Sequence record: OP310983.1
DNA: 64,000 bases
Direction: 5' to 3' (one strand)
Numbering within the stretch: the first letter of the stretch is position 1; each line of letters begins with the position of its first letter. Under the pieces are notes generated by a model. It saw nothing but the letters and a program-made list of their open reading frames with translations, was not told where the DNA came from and made no database searches. The position numbers and the translations under genes were made by a program. This document shows, piece by piece, positions 48,231 to 58,136 of the stretch.

Positions 48231-48530
48231 GTGAACGAAGCTATTATTTCACTGGACCGCAGAGGAGCCCATCATTTAGGATCTCGCGGTTATCCAATTA
48301 GATCAATTGGAGATGTTACAGTATTTGATTTGAATCATAATCAACTATATCCCAAAATCCATTCTCTTAAAGATCAAAATCATGATGGATGGCACTCCAT
48401 TAGTGTTGATGATGAAAATGGAGTAACAGCATATACGTTTGTTTTGAATATGGATCTTAATCTAGGATGGCTAAGACCTAAGCAGCCTAATGTTGGTGGT
48501 GGATATATCAAAATCAAATTTGAACAATAA
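48231..48530 (+). CDS. Hypothetical protein
   Basis: GAGGT SD, GTG start, 99 aa. Confidence 0.75.
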   Translation: MNEAIISLDRRGAHHLGSRGYPIRSIGDVTVFDLNHNQLYPKIHSLKDQNHDGWHSISVDDENGVTAYTFVLNMDLNLGWLRPKQPNVGGGYIKIKFEQ

Positions 48531-48548
48531 GCGGTGTGTACACCGCTT
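48529..48548 (+). terminator. Hairpin terminator
   Basis: AAGCGGTGT-GT-ACACCGCTT TTA. Confidence 0.6.
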
Positions 48549-48579
48549 TTATTCCGTGTTTATACTCAAAAGGTAATTT

Positions 48580-49713
48580 ATGATTATGTTTAAGTACTTA
48601 AAAAATGTTATTGATATTTTTAACAAACCAAAAAAGGTAGATACATTAGAACAAAAGATAGCTAATCTAAATGATAAATACATCAGAGAAAATGTAGATG
48701 TTGATCAAATTGATATTCTGTCAGGTTATTTCACAGGAATGCTATCTGGGAAATTACATGATCGAAGTTTAGTATGGGGTTATTATACCAAAGAAACTAA
48801 GACATGGATGATTTATTTTGTTGAACAAAATTTTGATTCATTCATGTATAAAGTAACTAATAATTCATTAGATATTATTAATCTAACTGATATAGAAGAT
48901 CTTAAATTATTCTATTTCTCTAATGAACAATACATACCTGTAAATACACCAATCAATAGTGATCTAAATGTGGCTGTAATTTTCACATCAAAACCACTCA
49001 CTAAGGATTTCATTGATCCATCTTTAATAGATCAAGTTAAATCAGTTAATAGTAATTACAAGATTGTGATGGGTGGGTTATCTAATAATTCCAAATTTGA
49101 TAGTAACCCAATAACTCTAATTGTAGAGTCTTATGAAGCAGATGGTGATATCGTCGTAGTTGAACTAACTAATGGTACAACTGTGGCCATCAATAGAAAA
49201 CTACTTAATATGTTTATGTATCAGTCAAGAATAGTTGATACATGTAATAACTCAAAAGTGCTTATAGATTTCAATGGACGGCTAAAGTTCACACCTATGG
49301 AGAATCATTTAGGTGGTATAAATAGTGCAATGCATTATTGGTCAAGTAATGGAATTATCAAAATTAGGTGTGACTATAGTATCATATTAGATCTAGATAA
49401 GTTTCCAGAGATTGCTAATCATATTGGAAACTGGATACATATTGAAGCTAAGACAATTGCAAAAGTAATTGACTCGGTTGTTGTACCATACTTAACAAAT
49501 GGGGAGCTTAGTACGCTCATTGTTGATTTAGATAATATCGATATTCAGTATCGTGGTTTAACATTATCTGGTAATATCAGCTTGCGTGATCGTTTAGATA
49601 AATGCAAAATCAAACTGATAAATCCATCAACTGATCCATATGAGATACCTAGTCTAAATGGTAAACGTGATGTCCATGGTTTTTATAGAGTAGATGGAAG
49701 TTTATTAAAATGA
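48580..49713 (+). CDS. Hypothetical protein
   Basis: 377 aa, very AT-rich. Confidence 0.75.
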   Translation: MIMFKYLKNVIDIFNKPKKVDTLEQKIANLNDKYIRENVDVDQIDILSGYFTGMLSGKLHDRSLVWGYYTKETKTWMIYFVEQNFDSFMYKVTNNSLDIINLTDIEDLKLFYFSNEQYIPVNTPINSDLNVAVIFTSKPLTKDFIDPSLIDQVKSVNSNYKIVMGGLSNNSKFDSNPITLIVESYEADGDIVVVELTNGTTVAINRKLLNMFMYQSRIVDTCNNSKVLIDFNGRLKFTPMENHLGGINSAMHYWSSNGIIKIRCDYSIILDLDKFPEIANHIGNWIHIEAKTIAKVIDSVVVPYLTNGELSTLIVDLDNIDIQYRGLTLSGNISLRDRLDKCKIKLINPSTDPYEIPSLNGKRDVHGFYRVDGSLLK

Positions 49714-50180
49714 TTAAATTAGTGATTAGTCTTTTTTATAAAATAGTTAATGAAAAGATGTCTCCCACATATAAGAAATTAGTTACATTAGATAGAAATG
49801 GATACATTTTCAATAATAAACAAGATCTGTATTCGATTAATCTTTCACTCTATCTTGAACTCATTCATTCAGTGACGAATGACTATATTGTTCAAGAAAT
49901 TATAATGTGTCTAAGTTCTAAGCCACAAGCAGTGAAAGAACTATTCCTTGAAGACCTAAGTACTAATAATCAACTACATTATTCATTGTTAGCTTGTAAA
50001 ATAATGAATGAGAGGAAAATCATTAATAAGAATATTAATAAAGCGTGTGCTAAAAATATGGCTACTTTTTTAAAGGGTTATTTCCCAAGAGACTACTTCA
50101 CTTGGTATAGTTGTCTCTATTTAGCCCTATCGGCTAAAAATAAAGCTGAGAATAACAAAGTATCTGTTATTAATGAGTAA
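49710..50180 (+). CDS. Hypothetical protein
   Basis: ATGA coupling, 156 aa. Confidence 0.7.
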   Translation: MIKLVISLFYKIVNEKMSPTYKKLVTLDRNGYIFNNKQDLYSINLSLYLELIHSVTNDYIVQEIIMCLSSKPQAVKELFLEDLSTNNQLHYSLLACKIMNERKIINKNINKACAKNMATFLKGYFPRDYFTWYSCLYLALSAKNKAENNKVSVINE

Positions 50181-50282
50181 ATACAATACTATGTAGTAGT
50201 ATTTCTATTACGTACCTTTCGAGGCATATACTCCATGACTTATGTTGTGGGGTATATGTGTTATAATGTTTAAGAGGTTAAA

Positions 50283-50630
50283 ATGCAAAAGCAACTAAAT
50301 TCTGATGATCTAGATGTTCTTGACTCCTTTAATGCAGCATGGGAAATTGTTAAGGAAGAACATACTGATCTATTCTCACGTATAGCAATGATGGCTATTA
50401 ATAAGTTAACTGATGATGATATCTCAGTCAATGATACTAAAGTAAGTATTCAGCAAGTAGTTAATTTCCATGAGAGAATTCGAGATATCATTCCTAGCTC
50501 TGAGATTGTTAATCTTACGATTGTTAAAACTATCTTAGGTGAAATGAATGGTTGGTTAGAATTTGATGAACTTAATGAAGAACTATTTACAGCATTAGGT
50601 AAAGCTTATAGCACTGTTAACTTTAATTGA
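50283..50630 (+). CDS. Hypothetical protein
   Basis: GAGGT SD, 115 aa. Confidence 0.75.
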   Translation: MQKQLNSDDLDVLDSFNAAWEIVKEEHTDLFSRIAMMAINKLTDDDISVNDTKVSIQQVVNFHERIRDIIPSSEIVNLTIVKTILGEMNGWLEFDELNEELFTALGKAYSTVNFN

Positions 50631-50698
50631 TCATTAATATGAAAATTAAAACAATATAAGTGAGGCATGTGCCTCACTACATAGTAGAGGACTAACAC

Positions 50699-51031
50699 AT
50701 GCAGATTCAATTAGATCCATTAATGGTTTACCATGGTAGCACTAGATCTTTATTTAATGAAGATTCTAGTTTAAATGTTGTTGATGTAAGGGGCATTCAA
50801 TTAAATGCTGAAGGGATAGCTGATAACAAAAATTACTATTTTGATTATGGACGTAAGAAAGATGATGATGGTGAAATACTCACTATTTACGTACATGATC
50901 GAAATGTAGCTAAAGATTTTATTGTACTGTACGTTGAATTCCATTTAGGCACACATAAATTTCATACGTATGTACATCCACAATATCGGCATAAATTTCC
51001 AGTATTAGTACTGGAGTTATTATTCGTTTAA
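50699..51031 (+). CDS. Hypothetical protein
   Basis: GAGGA SD, 110 aa. Confidence 0.75.
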   Translation: MQIQLDPLMVYHGSTRSLFNEDSSLNVVDVRGIQLNAEGIADNKNYYFDYGRKKDDDGEILTIYVHDRNVAKDFIVLYVEFHLGTHKFHTYVHPQYRHKFPVLVLELLFV

Positions 51032-51036
51032 TATTA

Positions 51037-51059
51037 AGGGACTCTTAATGAGAGTCCCT
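51037..51059 (+). terminator. Hairpin terminator
   Basis: AGGGACTCT-TAATG-AGAGTCCCT ATTT. Confidence 0.8.
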
Positions 51060-51219
51060 ATTTATTTTGCGTAAGTGTATATATGAAAAAGAAAGCATTT
51101 ATTGAAACTAGTCTAAAATATTCAAACACCAAATATAACAAAGCGATCATCTGTAATGAAATAAAATTCAAACGGTACTAAACATACTAACCCTATGAAT
51201 TAAAACGCACGGTGGTTGT

Positions 51220-51618
51220 ATGAAAATCTATGGTTCTTCTTTTCATGAGGTCACACTAGAATATGGAAAACCCTTTATACGCAATGGGGTTTTAAAACAT
51301 TTACCTGATCTAGGTACACCAGACTTAGGATGGACTGATTTTAATATCCTTGAAATTATTCCAGGACCAGGTTATATCGATAAGAATACTCTAAACTTTT
51401 ATAAAGAAAGAGATTGCTTATTTCCAGCAATCGTCAGGTTTACTGTATTTGAAGAAGAGCGTAATCGTATTATATCAACAATTAATGTTGATCTGGCGAA
51501 AAAGGAATTAGAGTGGAATAAGACTGATCGTTTTTGGGAAATCGAAAACTTTGCAATTAGATTCCAATTAACTCAAAATCCTTATTCAGTTTTATGGGCA
51601 TCCAATGGATCACTATAG
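51220..51618 (+). CDS. Hypothetical protein
   Basis: 132 aa. Confidence 0.7.
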   Translation: MKIYGSSFHEVTLEYGKPFIRNGVLKHLPDLGTPDLGWTDFNILEIIPGPGYIDKNTLNFYKERDCLFPAIVRFTVFEEERNRIISTINVDLAKKELEWNKTDRFWEIENFAIRFQLTQNPYSVLWASNGSL

Positions 51619-52039
51619 GTGTCATATGCTTACAATGGTTCCGTTATACCCTGGTGTGAGAGGATATCTTGAAGACTCGGTATTTTCAAAGAATGGGATT
51701 AATGATATTGGTTATCATAAATGGCTATCCCCTAAACGAGTGGTAGGTCCAGATGGGCTAATCATTAGTGAGGTAAAGATAACTCCACGTATAGCCAGAA
51801 TGGAAGGCGAAGTAATTCTTAAAGTATGGGATAAATGGCGAAGAGCCCAGCCTAAGCTAGTTGCTACTGTGTATATTGATCCTAAAGATAATTCATACAG
51901 GGTAGAAGTAGAGCCTTTTTATGCATGTCGTCGGATATTACTTGAAGTGGATTTATGGGCTCAAGTAATACCTGGTGACCGTGCACCATTTGTAAATGAC
52001 TCTGTAGATGGTACATGGGCATCAAGAGATATTATTTAA
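51605..52039 (+). CDS. Hypothetical protein
   Basis: 144 aa, overlapping start. Confidence 0.7.
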   Translation: MDHYRCHMLTMVPLYPGVRGYLEDSVFSKNGINDIGYHKWLSPKRVVGPDGLIISEVKITPRIARMEGEVILKVWDKWRRAQPKLVATVYIDPKDNSYRVEVEPFYACRRILLEVDLWAQVIPGDRAPFVNDSVDGTWASRDII

Positions 52040-52332
52040 TGCTTATACCAATTAAACTTCGTAAGACATTTAAAAGACTGGGCAAAAGACATTCTAAAAG
52101 AGTGTTGGCTGCCCAGTCATCTTTTCTGCCGTTTGGTGAATTAACGTTGAGGAAGCAAAGAATGCCTAAGAAAAATAAAGAATATATTCTTGATGTTATT
52201 GATACTAATACTAAAGAACTACAGGCACAGATTAATACGTTAAGTGAACTTGTATGTGAACAACAGAAACAAATTAGTTTATTAAACAGAACACTAGTTG
52301 AGTTACAAGATAATTTGAAAAAAAAAAGATAG
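52015..52332 (+). CDS. Hypothetical coiled-coil protein (start may be 52162)
   Basis: GAGGA SD before internal ATG 52162; heptad C-terminus. Confidence 0.55.
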   Translation: MGIKRYYLMLIPIKLRKTFKRLGKRHSKRVLAAQSSFLPFGELTLRKQRMPKKNKEYILDVIDTNTKELQAQINTLSELVCEQQKQISLLNRTLVELQDNLKKKR

Positions 52333-52341
52333 GGATTAAAA

Positions 52342-52671
52342 ATGAATGTAGTTGATGAGTACCTACTTTTGACCTTATTCTGGATAGTTGTTTTATTTTC
52401 ATTTATCCATGTATCGCAACGTTATAAACGAATTAAAGAAAAACGAAGAGTTGATTTTCTAGTTAAAAGAGAATTAGTATATAATTATTTCAAAGTAACA
52501 GATCCTTCTGAATTAACTAATGATTCTATAGAAAGTATTATACTTAAATTAATTGGTGATAATTATAGAAAATTAACAGATATGCAGAAATTAGTAATTA
52601 GGGCAGCAGCAGGTCGTGGTTATATGTATAACCCTAACAGACCAATTGGCAAACATTTGAAATATATGTGA
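52342..52671 (+). CDS. N-terminally anchored membrane protein
   Basis: YLLLTLFWIVVLFSFIHV followed by a basic stretch. Confidence 0.7.
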   Translation: MNVVDEYLLLTLFWIVVLFSFIHVSQRYKRIKEKRRVDFLVKRELVYNYFKVTDPSELTNDSIESIILKLIGDNYRKLTDMQKLVIRAAAGRGYMYNPNRPIGKHLKYM

Positions 52672-52680
52672 GTTATAAAA

Positions 52681-53196
52681 ATGTCAGAAAACCGCCCGTT
52701 ATATATAGCTGCTATTAAAAAAGATCTTTTAAAAACAACAGGTTTGTATAAACCTTATAATGATTCACCAATAGCTGTGGTTAGTAATGAAACCAGTAAG
52801 TGGCATGTAATGCTAAATATATTACGACATGGTTGGGAATGGATTGAAATACCTGAAGGTGAGATTAAACAACCGGAAAGTTACCATGACTATGTTATTC
52901 TAGCATTAACCACTGTATTAACTGATACTTTAGATTATAAAAATGATCCAAACTCTGATAAATATATCAAGCAAATAATCTGTACTGATATAGCACTAAA
53001 AGTTGAATATGATAAATTAATCAATGTGCTAGAGACAAGTAACGAGTTAGATTTAGCTGATGAATACACCTTTACTAAACAAGGTAATCTCAGAGGATAT
53101 TTCCATTATGATGAGTATTATGGTTTAGATGTACTGGCATGTGCATCTTATGTGATCTGTTCACATATCGAACTAACACCTAGAAATGTTAAATAA
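52681..53196 (+). CDS. Hypothetical protein
   Basis: 171 aa. Confidence 0.75.
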   Translation: MSENRPLYIAAIKKDLLKTTGLYKPYNDSPIAVVSNETSKWHVMLNILRHGWEWIEIPEGEIKQPESYHDYVILALTTVLTDTLDYKNDPNSDKYIKQIICTDIALKVEYDKLINVLETSNELDLADEYTFTKQGNLRGYFHYDEYYGLDVLACASYVICSHIELTPRNVK

Positions 53197-53208
53197 TAGG
53201 AACTACTG

Positions 53209-53808
53209 ATGAAAAAACGTACCGCTTATATCGATCGTGCTAAATTCCGAGATTTTCTAGCCGAGAAAAAAATTAGCGTAAGTAGCCGACAGTGGATTGA
53301 AAAGAGCCACCCAGATCATAAAGAATATTACAAGGCAATCCTAGATTACGTCGTATCTAATGTAAAATTCAAAGAAGAACGTTATATTGAAAAGGCAAAT
53401 GAGGTTATTATTAATGGGTGTATTCGATATCATCTACCCATTCACGCTCAACGTGCACTAACTGTAGTTGAAGAAGAATTCATTAATAATGCTAGTCTTC
53501 AATTTACTTATCTGAATGATAATGATACTAATATTGCCAATATTAACTTTGAAGAAGTTCTTGATGCACAAGTAACTGAGAATGAAACTGAACTAAGACA
53601 AAGTTGGGAATATGTCAATTGTGATATCAACCCATCAGAATACTTTATTGATGTTGTTGATGTACCAGAAGAACTAATTCTTCGTCTATCTGTATTCCGT
53701 TTTGTACACAGTATCAAGAAACTGGAAGTAAAAGATAAGTTAGATCTTGCCGATGTTGTAGGTAAAGATCTAGTTATTGAAGATGGTAACGTTAAGGTTG
53801 TAGAATGA
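53209..53808 (+). CDS. Hypothetical protein
   Basis: AGGA SD, 199 aa. Confidence 0.75.
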   Translation: MKKRTAYIDRAKFRDFLAEKKISVSSRQWIEKSHPDHKEYYKAILDYVVSNVKFKEERYIEKANEVIINGCIRYHLPIHAQRALTVVEEEFINNASLQFTYLNDNDTNIANINFEEVLDAQVTENETELRQSWEYVNCDINPSEYFIDVVDVPEELILRLSVFRFVHSIKKLEVKDKLDLADVVGKDLVIEDGNVKVVE

Positions 53809-53861
53809 TTTAAGGCTATTTTAGTAGCTTTATATTCTGATCTTAGCAACCTAGGTACAAC

Positions 53862-54230
53862 GTGATGCAATGTTTAACACACGTAATGAAGTTAGTGGCC
53901 GTATTAAGTACGTTGTTATACGTATCAAACCCACTAGCTGCATCGTTGGTAGTTGACGAGAATTACTGTAATGGTGTTGCACTTATAGCACATGCCACAG
54001 CAGAAGCACGTCAGCGTAAAACACCCATTTTACAATGGGAAGAAAACCTACGATCCCTAAAAGGGTACGGCGTGAAGAACAAAGATAACGTTCTTTACAA
54101 TGTTCTCCCAGCAGCAATTAAAGAGGTGCACGTTGTGTATTCACGTAGACAAAGCCCACGTGATGCATACGTTACATCATTTAAAACCTGTATGGATAAC
54201 AACTACGGTAAAGCTGTGGTTGTAAAATAA
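53862..54230 (+). CDS. Putative exported protein
   Basis: Signal-like MKLVAVLSTLLYVSNPLAA; two Cys. Confidence 0.65.
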   Translation: MMQCLTHVMKLVAVLSTLLYVSNPLAASLVVDENYCNGVALIAHATAEARQRKTPILQWEENLRSLKGYGVKNKDNVLYNVLPAAIKEVHVVYSRRQSPRDAYVTSFKTCMDNNYGKAVVVK

Positions 54231-54232
54231 AT

Positions 54233-54252
54233 ACCAGCCCTTCGGGGCTGGT
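54233..54252 (+). terminator. Hairpin terminator
   Basis: ACCAGCCC-TTCG-GGGCTGGT TTATTT. Confidence 0.85.
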
Positions 54253-54265
54253 TTATTTCATCTAG

Positions 54266-54583
54266 ATGAGAATCTGTGGGTTGCAAATGTATAAAGTATT
54301 TGTTATATCAATGATAACACTAACGGCTATATCAACATGTGTAACTTTCATTATTAATATAAAAAATCATTATATTCACTGGATGGGTGTTTATAAGGTT
54401 AGATATGTATTAGATAAAATGCCCAATGGCATAAGTTATTTTTTCTATCAAAATGCTGTCCAAGACATTATAGATAAAGAATCATCTAAAATAACAAATC
54501 AACATATTTTTACATCTTTTATTTACGATATCAACTCATTGATTATATTAAAATGTAATAATAGGGAAACAGCAAATGAATGA
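54266..54583 (+). CDS. N-terminally anchored membrane protein
   Basis: VFVISMITLTAISTCVTFII transmembrane segment. Confidence 0.65.
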   Translation: MRICGLQMYKVFVISMITLTAISTCVTFIINIKNHYIHWMGVYKVRYVLDKMPNGISYFFYQNAVQDIIDKESSKITNQHIFTSFIYDINSLIILKCNNRETANE

Positions 54584-54866
54584 TATCATGACAGTAATTA
54601 TAGGTATTTTGTTTCTGATTATAATGATGGCTTTAATTAACTGGGGTTATTATGCCATCAAACACACGATAAAGTGTAACAGGCTTTATAAAGAAGCACT
54701 ATCAATTATTGACAATATGAGTGATGGTTTATCTGAATACCAGTATACAGTAGCTATTGGACGTTTACGTAAAAAGGCATACTCTATCGACCATTTAACT
54801 GCTGTTAAAATGTTTGAAGCATTAGACTTAGTTATTAAAGATAAGTCAAGAAAGAAAAATAAATAA
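54576..54866 (+). CDS. N-terminally anchored membrane protein
   Basis: IMTVIIGILFLIIMMALINWGYY transmembrane segment. Confidence 0.7.
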   Translation: MNDIMTVIIGILFLIIMMALINWGYYAIKHTIKCNRLYKEALSIIDNMSDGLSEYQYTVAIGRLRKKAYSIDHLTAVKMFEALDLVIKDKSRKKNK

Positions 54867-54874
54867 GCATAAAT

Positions 54875-54896
54875 AGGAGAGCTATTTAGCTCTCCT
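54875..54896 (+). terminator. Hairpin terminator
   Basis: AGGAGAGCTA-TT-TAGCTCTCCT TT. Confidence 0.75.
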
Positions 54897-54900
54897 TTAT

Positions 54901-54931
54901 TGCATTAAATTTTTTTTGAAATCTATATTAC
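54901..54931 (+). promoter_or_regulatory. phiKZ-type early promoter
   Basis: TGCATTAAATTTTTTTTGAAATC-TATATTAC (54924-54931). Confidence 0.8.
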
Positions 54932-54967
54932 ATATTTGGTCAAGTCATATCAAAATAGGTAGTTATA

Positions 54968-55141
54968 ATGCTAGCATTACATTCACTACTATTATTAGTT
55001 ATAGTGATTTGTTATATAATTCATAAGTGGTTGTGGTATACTTTCAATATGTTTAAACTAAAAGACATTATTAAAAATAAAGACAATTTAACTAATGATG
55101 AACTATTAAAATTACTCATTGATAAAATAAAGGCAACCTAA
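54968..55141 (+). CDS. Small early membrane protein (57 aa, absent from track)
   Basis: MLALHSLLLLVIVICYIIHKWLWY...; AGGT SD; TAATG coupling to the next gene. Confidence 0.65.
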   Translation: MLALHSLLLLVIVICYIIHKWLWYTFNMFKLKDIIKNKDNLTNDELLKLLIDKIKAT

Positions 55142-55608
55142 TGTATCCATTCTTTACAGGTAATGAGAAAGTTACTGTAGATGTTCTTGATGATAAACAT
55201 AATCTACATAGAAGTTGGACTGATTATAAACATCCCATCACGACGCGTGTGGACGGTAAACTAACCAATGTGTGGTATAAAGTTGAACCACCGATGAGTG
55301 CTAAGGATATTGAAAATAACTTTACAATTGACAAAGATAAAGTTAAATTATCTAATCGTTTGCACCAAGCTTTAGATGCAACGTTGATTAAAAATGAATT
55401 AGAAGAGTTTAACAAATTAATTGATCTATGCGTAAAACATGTTAATTCAGTTAGTATTCATCTAGGTCTTACTATTTGGAAATTAGCAGATACTGTAAAA
55501 TATGAAAAAGCAGATTTAAAGAAACTATTTAATGCACATTATACCAAATCTACTGAACTTGTAAAAGAAAAGAATATAGTGCCCTCAGTAGAAGATATCT
55601 TCCTATAA
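55141..55608 (+). CDS. Hypothetical protein
   Basis: 155 aa. Confidence 0.75.
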   Translation: MYPFFTGNEKVTVDVLDDKHNLHRSWTDYKHPITTRVDGKLTNVWYKVEPPMSAKDIENNFTIDKDKVKLSNRLHQALDATLIKNELEEFNKLIDLCVKHVNSVSIHLGLTIWKLADTVKYEKADLKKLFNAHYTKSTELVKEKNIVPSVEDIFL

Positions 55609-55630
55609 TTTATTTAAAGGTAATACAAAT

Positions 55631-56539
55631 ATGCTAAAGGTAAAATCATTACTCACTGGCCATATTCTTCGAGCTACCTATGATTGGTTTCTTGAGAATA
55701 ACTTCAGAGATATTCTAATTGTAGCACATACTCAATTAGTACCTGATTTATCTGAGGTAGCTCTAAAGCATGCGAAAGAAGATCACACTATCACTTTCAA
55801 TATCCATCCACGCTGTGCAAAGAATTTTTATATCAGTGACGAATATATCTCTTTCAATGTAACAGTAAATGGAGTTGGGGTCAGTATTAAACTTCCTCTT
55901 TATGCAGTATTGGGTGTAGTTACACCTATTGATGATAATTCTAACGCATTCTTTGAAATGCCACTAGTAGATAGATATCTCAATGCAGATACTATTCGTG
56001 CAACATTAGAAGGAACTGTTAATAATGTAGTTGACAAAAACCCAGTATTAACTACCGTAGGTAATGTCACTGAGGTTAATTTTAAAAATAAAGCCGATAC
56101 CACTAATGGTAAGTTAGTTGTAAGGAATACATCTGAGAATGAGCATGATCAGATGATTGAAAGCGCCATTAACAGAGTAACTGAATTTAGTAATCCAGAA
56201 TTAGATGCACATATTAGAGTAGCGGTAACTGTAATTAAACAGAATGCACCAGAATTAATTATGGATTGGTGTGAGCGGGTTATTAATTGTACACGTAATG
56301 AAAACTATCAGGATAACATCAATGTACTTATGATGGAACTCCTCAGTTACCCTATTTCAAATGTGGTTAGTGAATCAACTGTGGACTCGGGTGATAATAC
56401 ATCTAATTCATTTGACAATGATGTAAATAAGATGGTTGAGGATTTCAATAATTCTTCCAATTCGCAGGTTATTATTAATAAACCTTCTCGTCCTACCGGT
56501 ACACCAAAACTCACTGTTATTAAAGGTGGTAAGAAATGA
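55631..56539 (+). CDS. sspB: SspB-like ClpXP adaptor homologue
   Basis: LRATYDW, ITFNIH, ISFN, LPLYAVLGV match the SspB fold; C-terminal RPTGTPKLTVIK resembles the ClpX-binding tail. Confidence 0.8.
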   Translation: MLKVKSLLTGHILRATYDWFLENNFRDILIVAHTQLVPDLSEVALKHAKEDHTITFNIHPRCAKNFYISDEYISFNVTVNGVGVSIKLPLYAVLGVVTPIDDNSNAFFEMPLVDRYLNADTIRATLEGTVNNVVDKNPVLTTVGNVTEVNFKNKADTTNGKLVVRNTSENEHDQMIESAINRVTEFSNPELDAHIRVAVTVIKQNAPELIMDWCERVINCTRNENYQDNINVLMMELLSYPISNVVSESTVDSGDNTSNSFDNDVNKMVEDFNNSSNSQVIINKPSRPTGTPKLTVIKGGKK

Positions 56540-56793
56540 ATGCAACTTTAGCAATTCTTTTTAGTAGTATCAGTATCGCTGGTTATCAAGCCAATGGTGC
56601 ATCGCAGTCAACCGCTGAGTTCTCTGACATGGCTACTTGTTTTAGCGCGATTGAGCGCATTCAAAAACTAGCTAAAGCAAGTGCTATTCGTAATAATGTA
56701 GAGACTGTAAAAATCAGTGATGGTGTTCTATTACGTTATTTTTCTTCTAGTACTAGTAAAGTAGAACATACTCTAATCTGTGTAAATAAATAG
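56536..56793 (+). CDS. Small exported or membrane protein
   Basis: Hydrophobic N-terminus, two Cys, ATGA coupling. Confidence 0.65.
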   Translation: MNATLAILFSSISIAGYQANGASQSTAEFSDMATCFSAIERIQKLAKASAIRNNVETVKISDGVLLRYFSSSTSKVEHTLICVNK

Positions 56794-56801
56794 GTACGGA
56801 T

Positions 56802-57509
56802 ATGTCTGAGAAAATGTATTTATCTTTTTCTGGAATTGGACACAATGACGTAATCAAACAAGATCTTAATGGATTCGTTCCAATGGATGTATCAACTATT
56901 GATAATGAAGTGGCTGATCGATTATTTTATACTCCATTCAATAGTTCTGAACCAGGTACCTCATTACCTAATGTTGCTAATGTGGTATTCAAGGTATTAC
57001 CTATCCATATCGAGGATAACACTATCTGTGTTTTAGATAGTTGTTCTAGTACCGAATACTCATTGAATGACTTAGTTGATACCAGTGTCTCATCATTAGA
57101 AACACATGGTCCATTAATAGATTTACGTAGTAGTGATCCAATTGAGACATATGCTAATCAGGCAGTGTATACTTGGTTAAATAAGAATATCTGTGATATC
57201 GAATTTGAAGTACATGGCGGGCTGCAAGTGCAACTAACTGCTGACCAAGTGCGTTCCAATGTTAATGCATTTGTAGCAGGTATTGATCTTGACATCGACG
57301 ATAAATTGATGGTATATGTGGTGATTAAAATCAATGATCGTTTATACGATGCTTGGTCTAGTCAACATGTGGTGGAACCATTAACAATGTATCATGTGCA
57401 AGGTGGTCATGAGCCTATTGTCTATAGTGAGACCCATATTGAAAATAGCCTATTGCGATATGCTAAAGAGAAAGGTTGGGCTGAAATTTTGACTCGTATT
57501 GGTCTGTAA
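56802..57509 (+). CDS. Hypothetical protein
   Basis: AGGT SD, 235 aa. Confidence 0.75.
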   Translation: MSEKMYLSFSGIGHNDVIKQDLNGFVPMDVSTIDNEVADRLFYTPFNSSEPGTSLPNVANVVFKVLPIHIEDNTICVLDSCSSTEYSLNDLVDTSVSSLETHGPLIDLRSSDPIETYANQAVYTWLNKNICDIEFEVHGGLQVQLTADQVRSNVNAFVAGIDLDIDDKLMVYVVIKINDRLYDAWSSQHVVEPLTMYHVQGGHEPIVYSETHIENSLLRYAKEKGWAEILTRIGL

Positions 57510-57573
57510 TAAAAATACTTCTTATAGACTAATAATATAGGTAAGATACTAGCCGATTGGTTAGTTGCGCTTA

Positions 57574-57593
57574 GGGAGTCCTTCGGGACTCCC
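57574..57593 (+). terminator. Hairpin terminator
   Basis: GGGAGTCC-TTCG-GGACTCCC. Confidence 0.7.
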
Positions 57594-57614
57594 GTATATC
57601 GTCTAGGAGGTTTT

Positions 57615-57908
57615 ATGTATACAGTTACACTTGAACAAGTAGGACACCGTATACCGTCTAGTTTAAGTGCTTTTGTAATTAGACCGTTTGAAAATACCAT
57701 TACGCATAATGATACGTCTTATTACTTGATCATGGGTAAAGATGATTTCGATAACATGCACATGGAATGGCGAGATGTAGCTGTAGTTGATAGTCAAGCC
57801 GTTATAGTTGCTACATACACTCCATCGAAAAACTCATTTAATCTTGTAAAAAATGAATTAGGTATTCCAGTTAATATCAAATACAAACGGATAGAGGTTG
57901 ATCTATGA
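57615..57908 (+). CDS. Hypothetical protein
   Basis: AGGAGG SD, 97 aa. Confidence 0.75.
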   Translation: MYTVTLEQVGHRIPSSLSAFVIRPFENTITHNDTSYYLIMGKDDFDNMHMEWRDVAVVDSQAVIVATYTPSKNSFNLVKNELGIPVNIKYKRIEVDL

Positions 57909-57935
57909 TTACCAGTAAGGTTAGAGGAATGAAGT

Positions 57936-58136
57936 ATGGATCGTCTTGATGAAAGAATCGCATTCAGTGTAAAGTCGTACAAAATTTTCAATGCTCTCTC
58001 CCATGGCCGAGTTCGGGCATTGATTATTAACTTTAAAGATGGTAAGGGTACGATCGTATCTATTAGTGATGATCGCCGCCATGATAAACATCTCTGGTTC
58101 AACTGTGGACTAGTAGACAATCCGAGGATCAAGTAA
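57936..58136 (+). CDS. Small hypothetical protein
   Basis: 66 aa, TAATG coupling to thyA. Confidence 0.65.
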   Translation: MDRLDERIAFSVKSYKIFNALSHGRVRALIINFKDGKGTIVSISDDRRHDKHLWFNCGLVDNPRIK

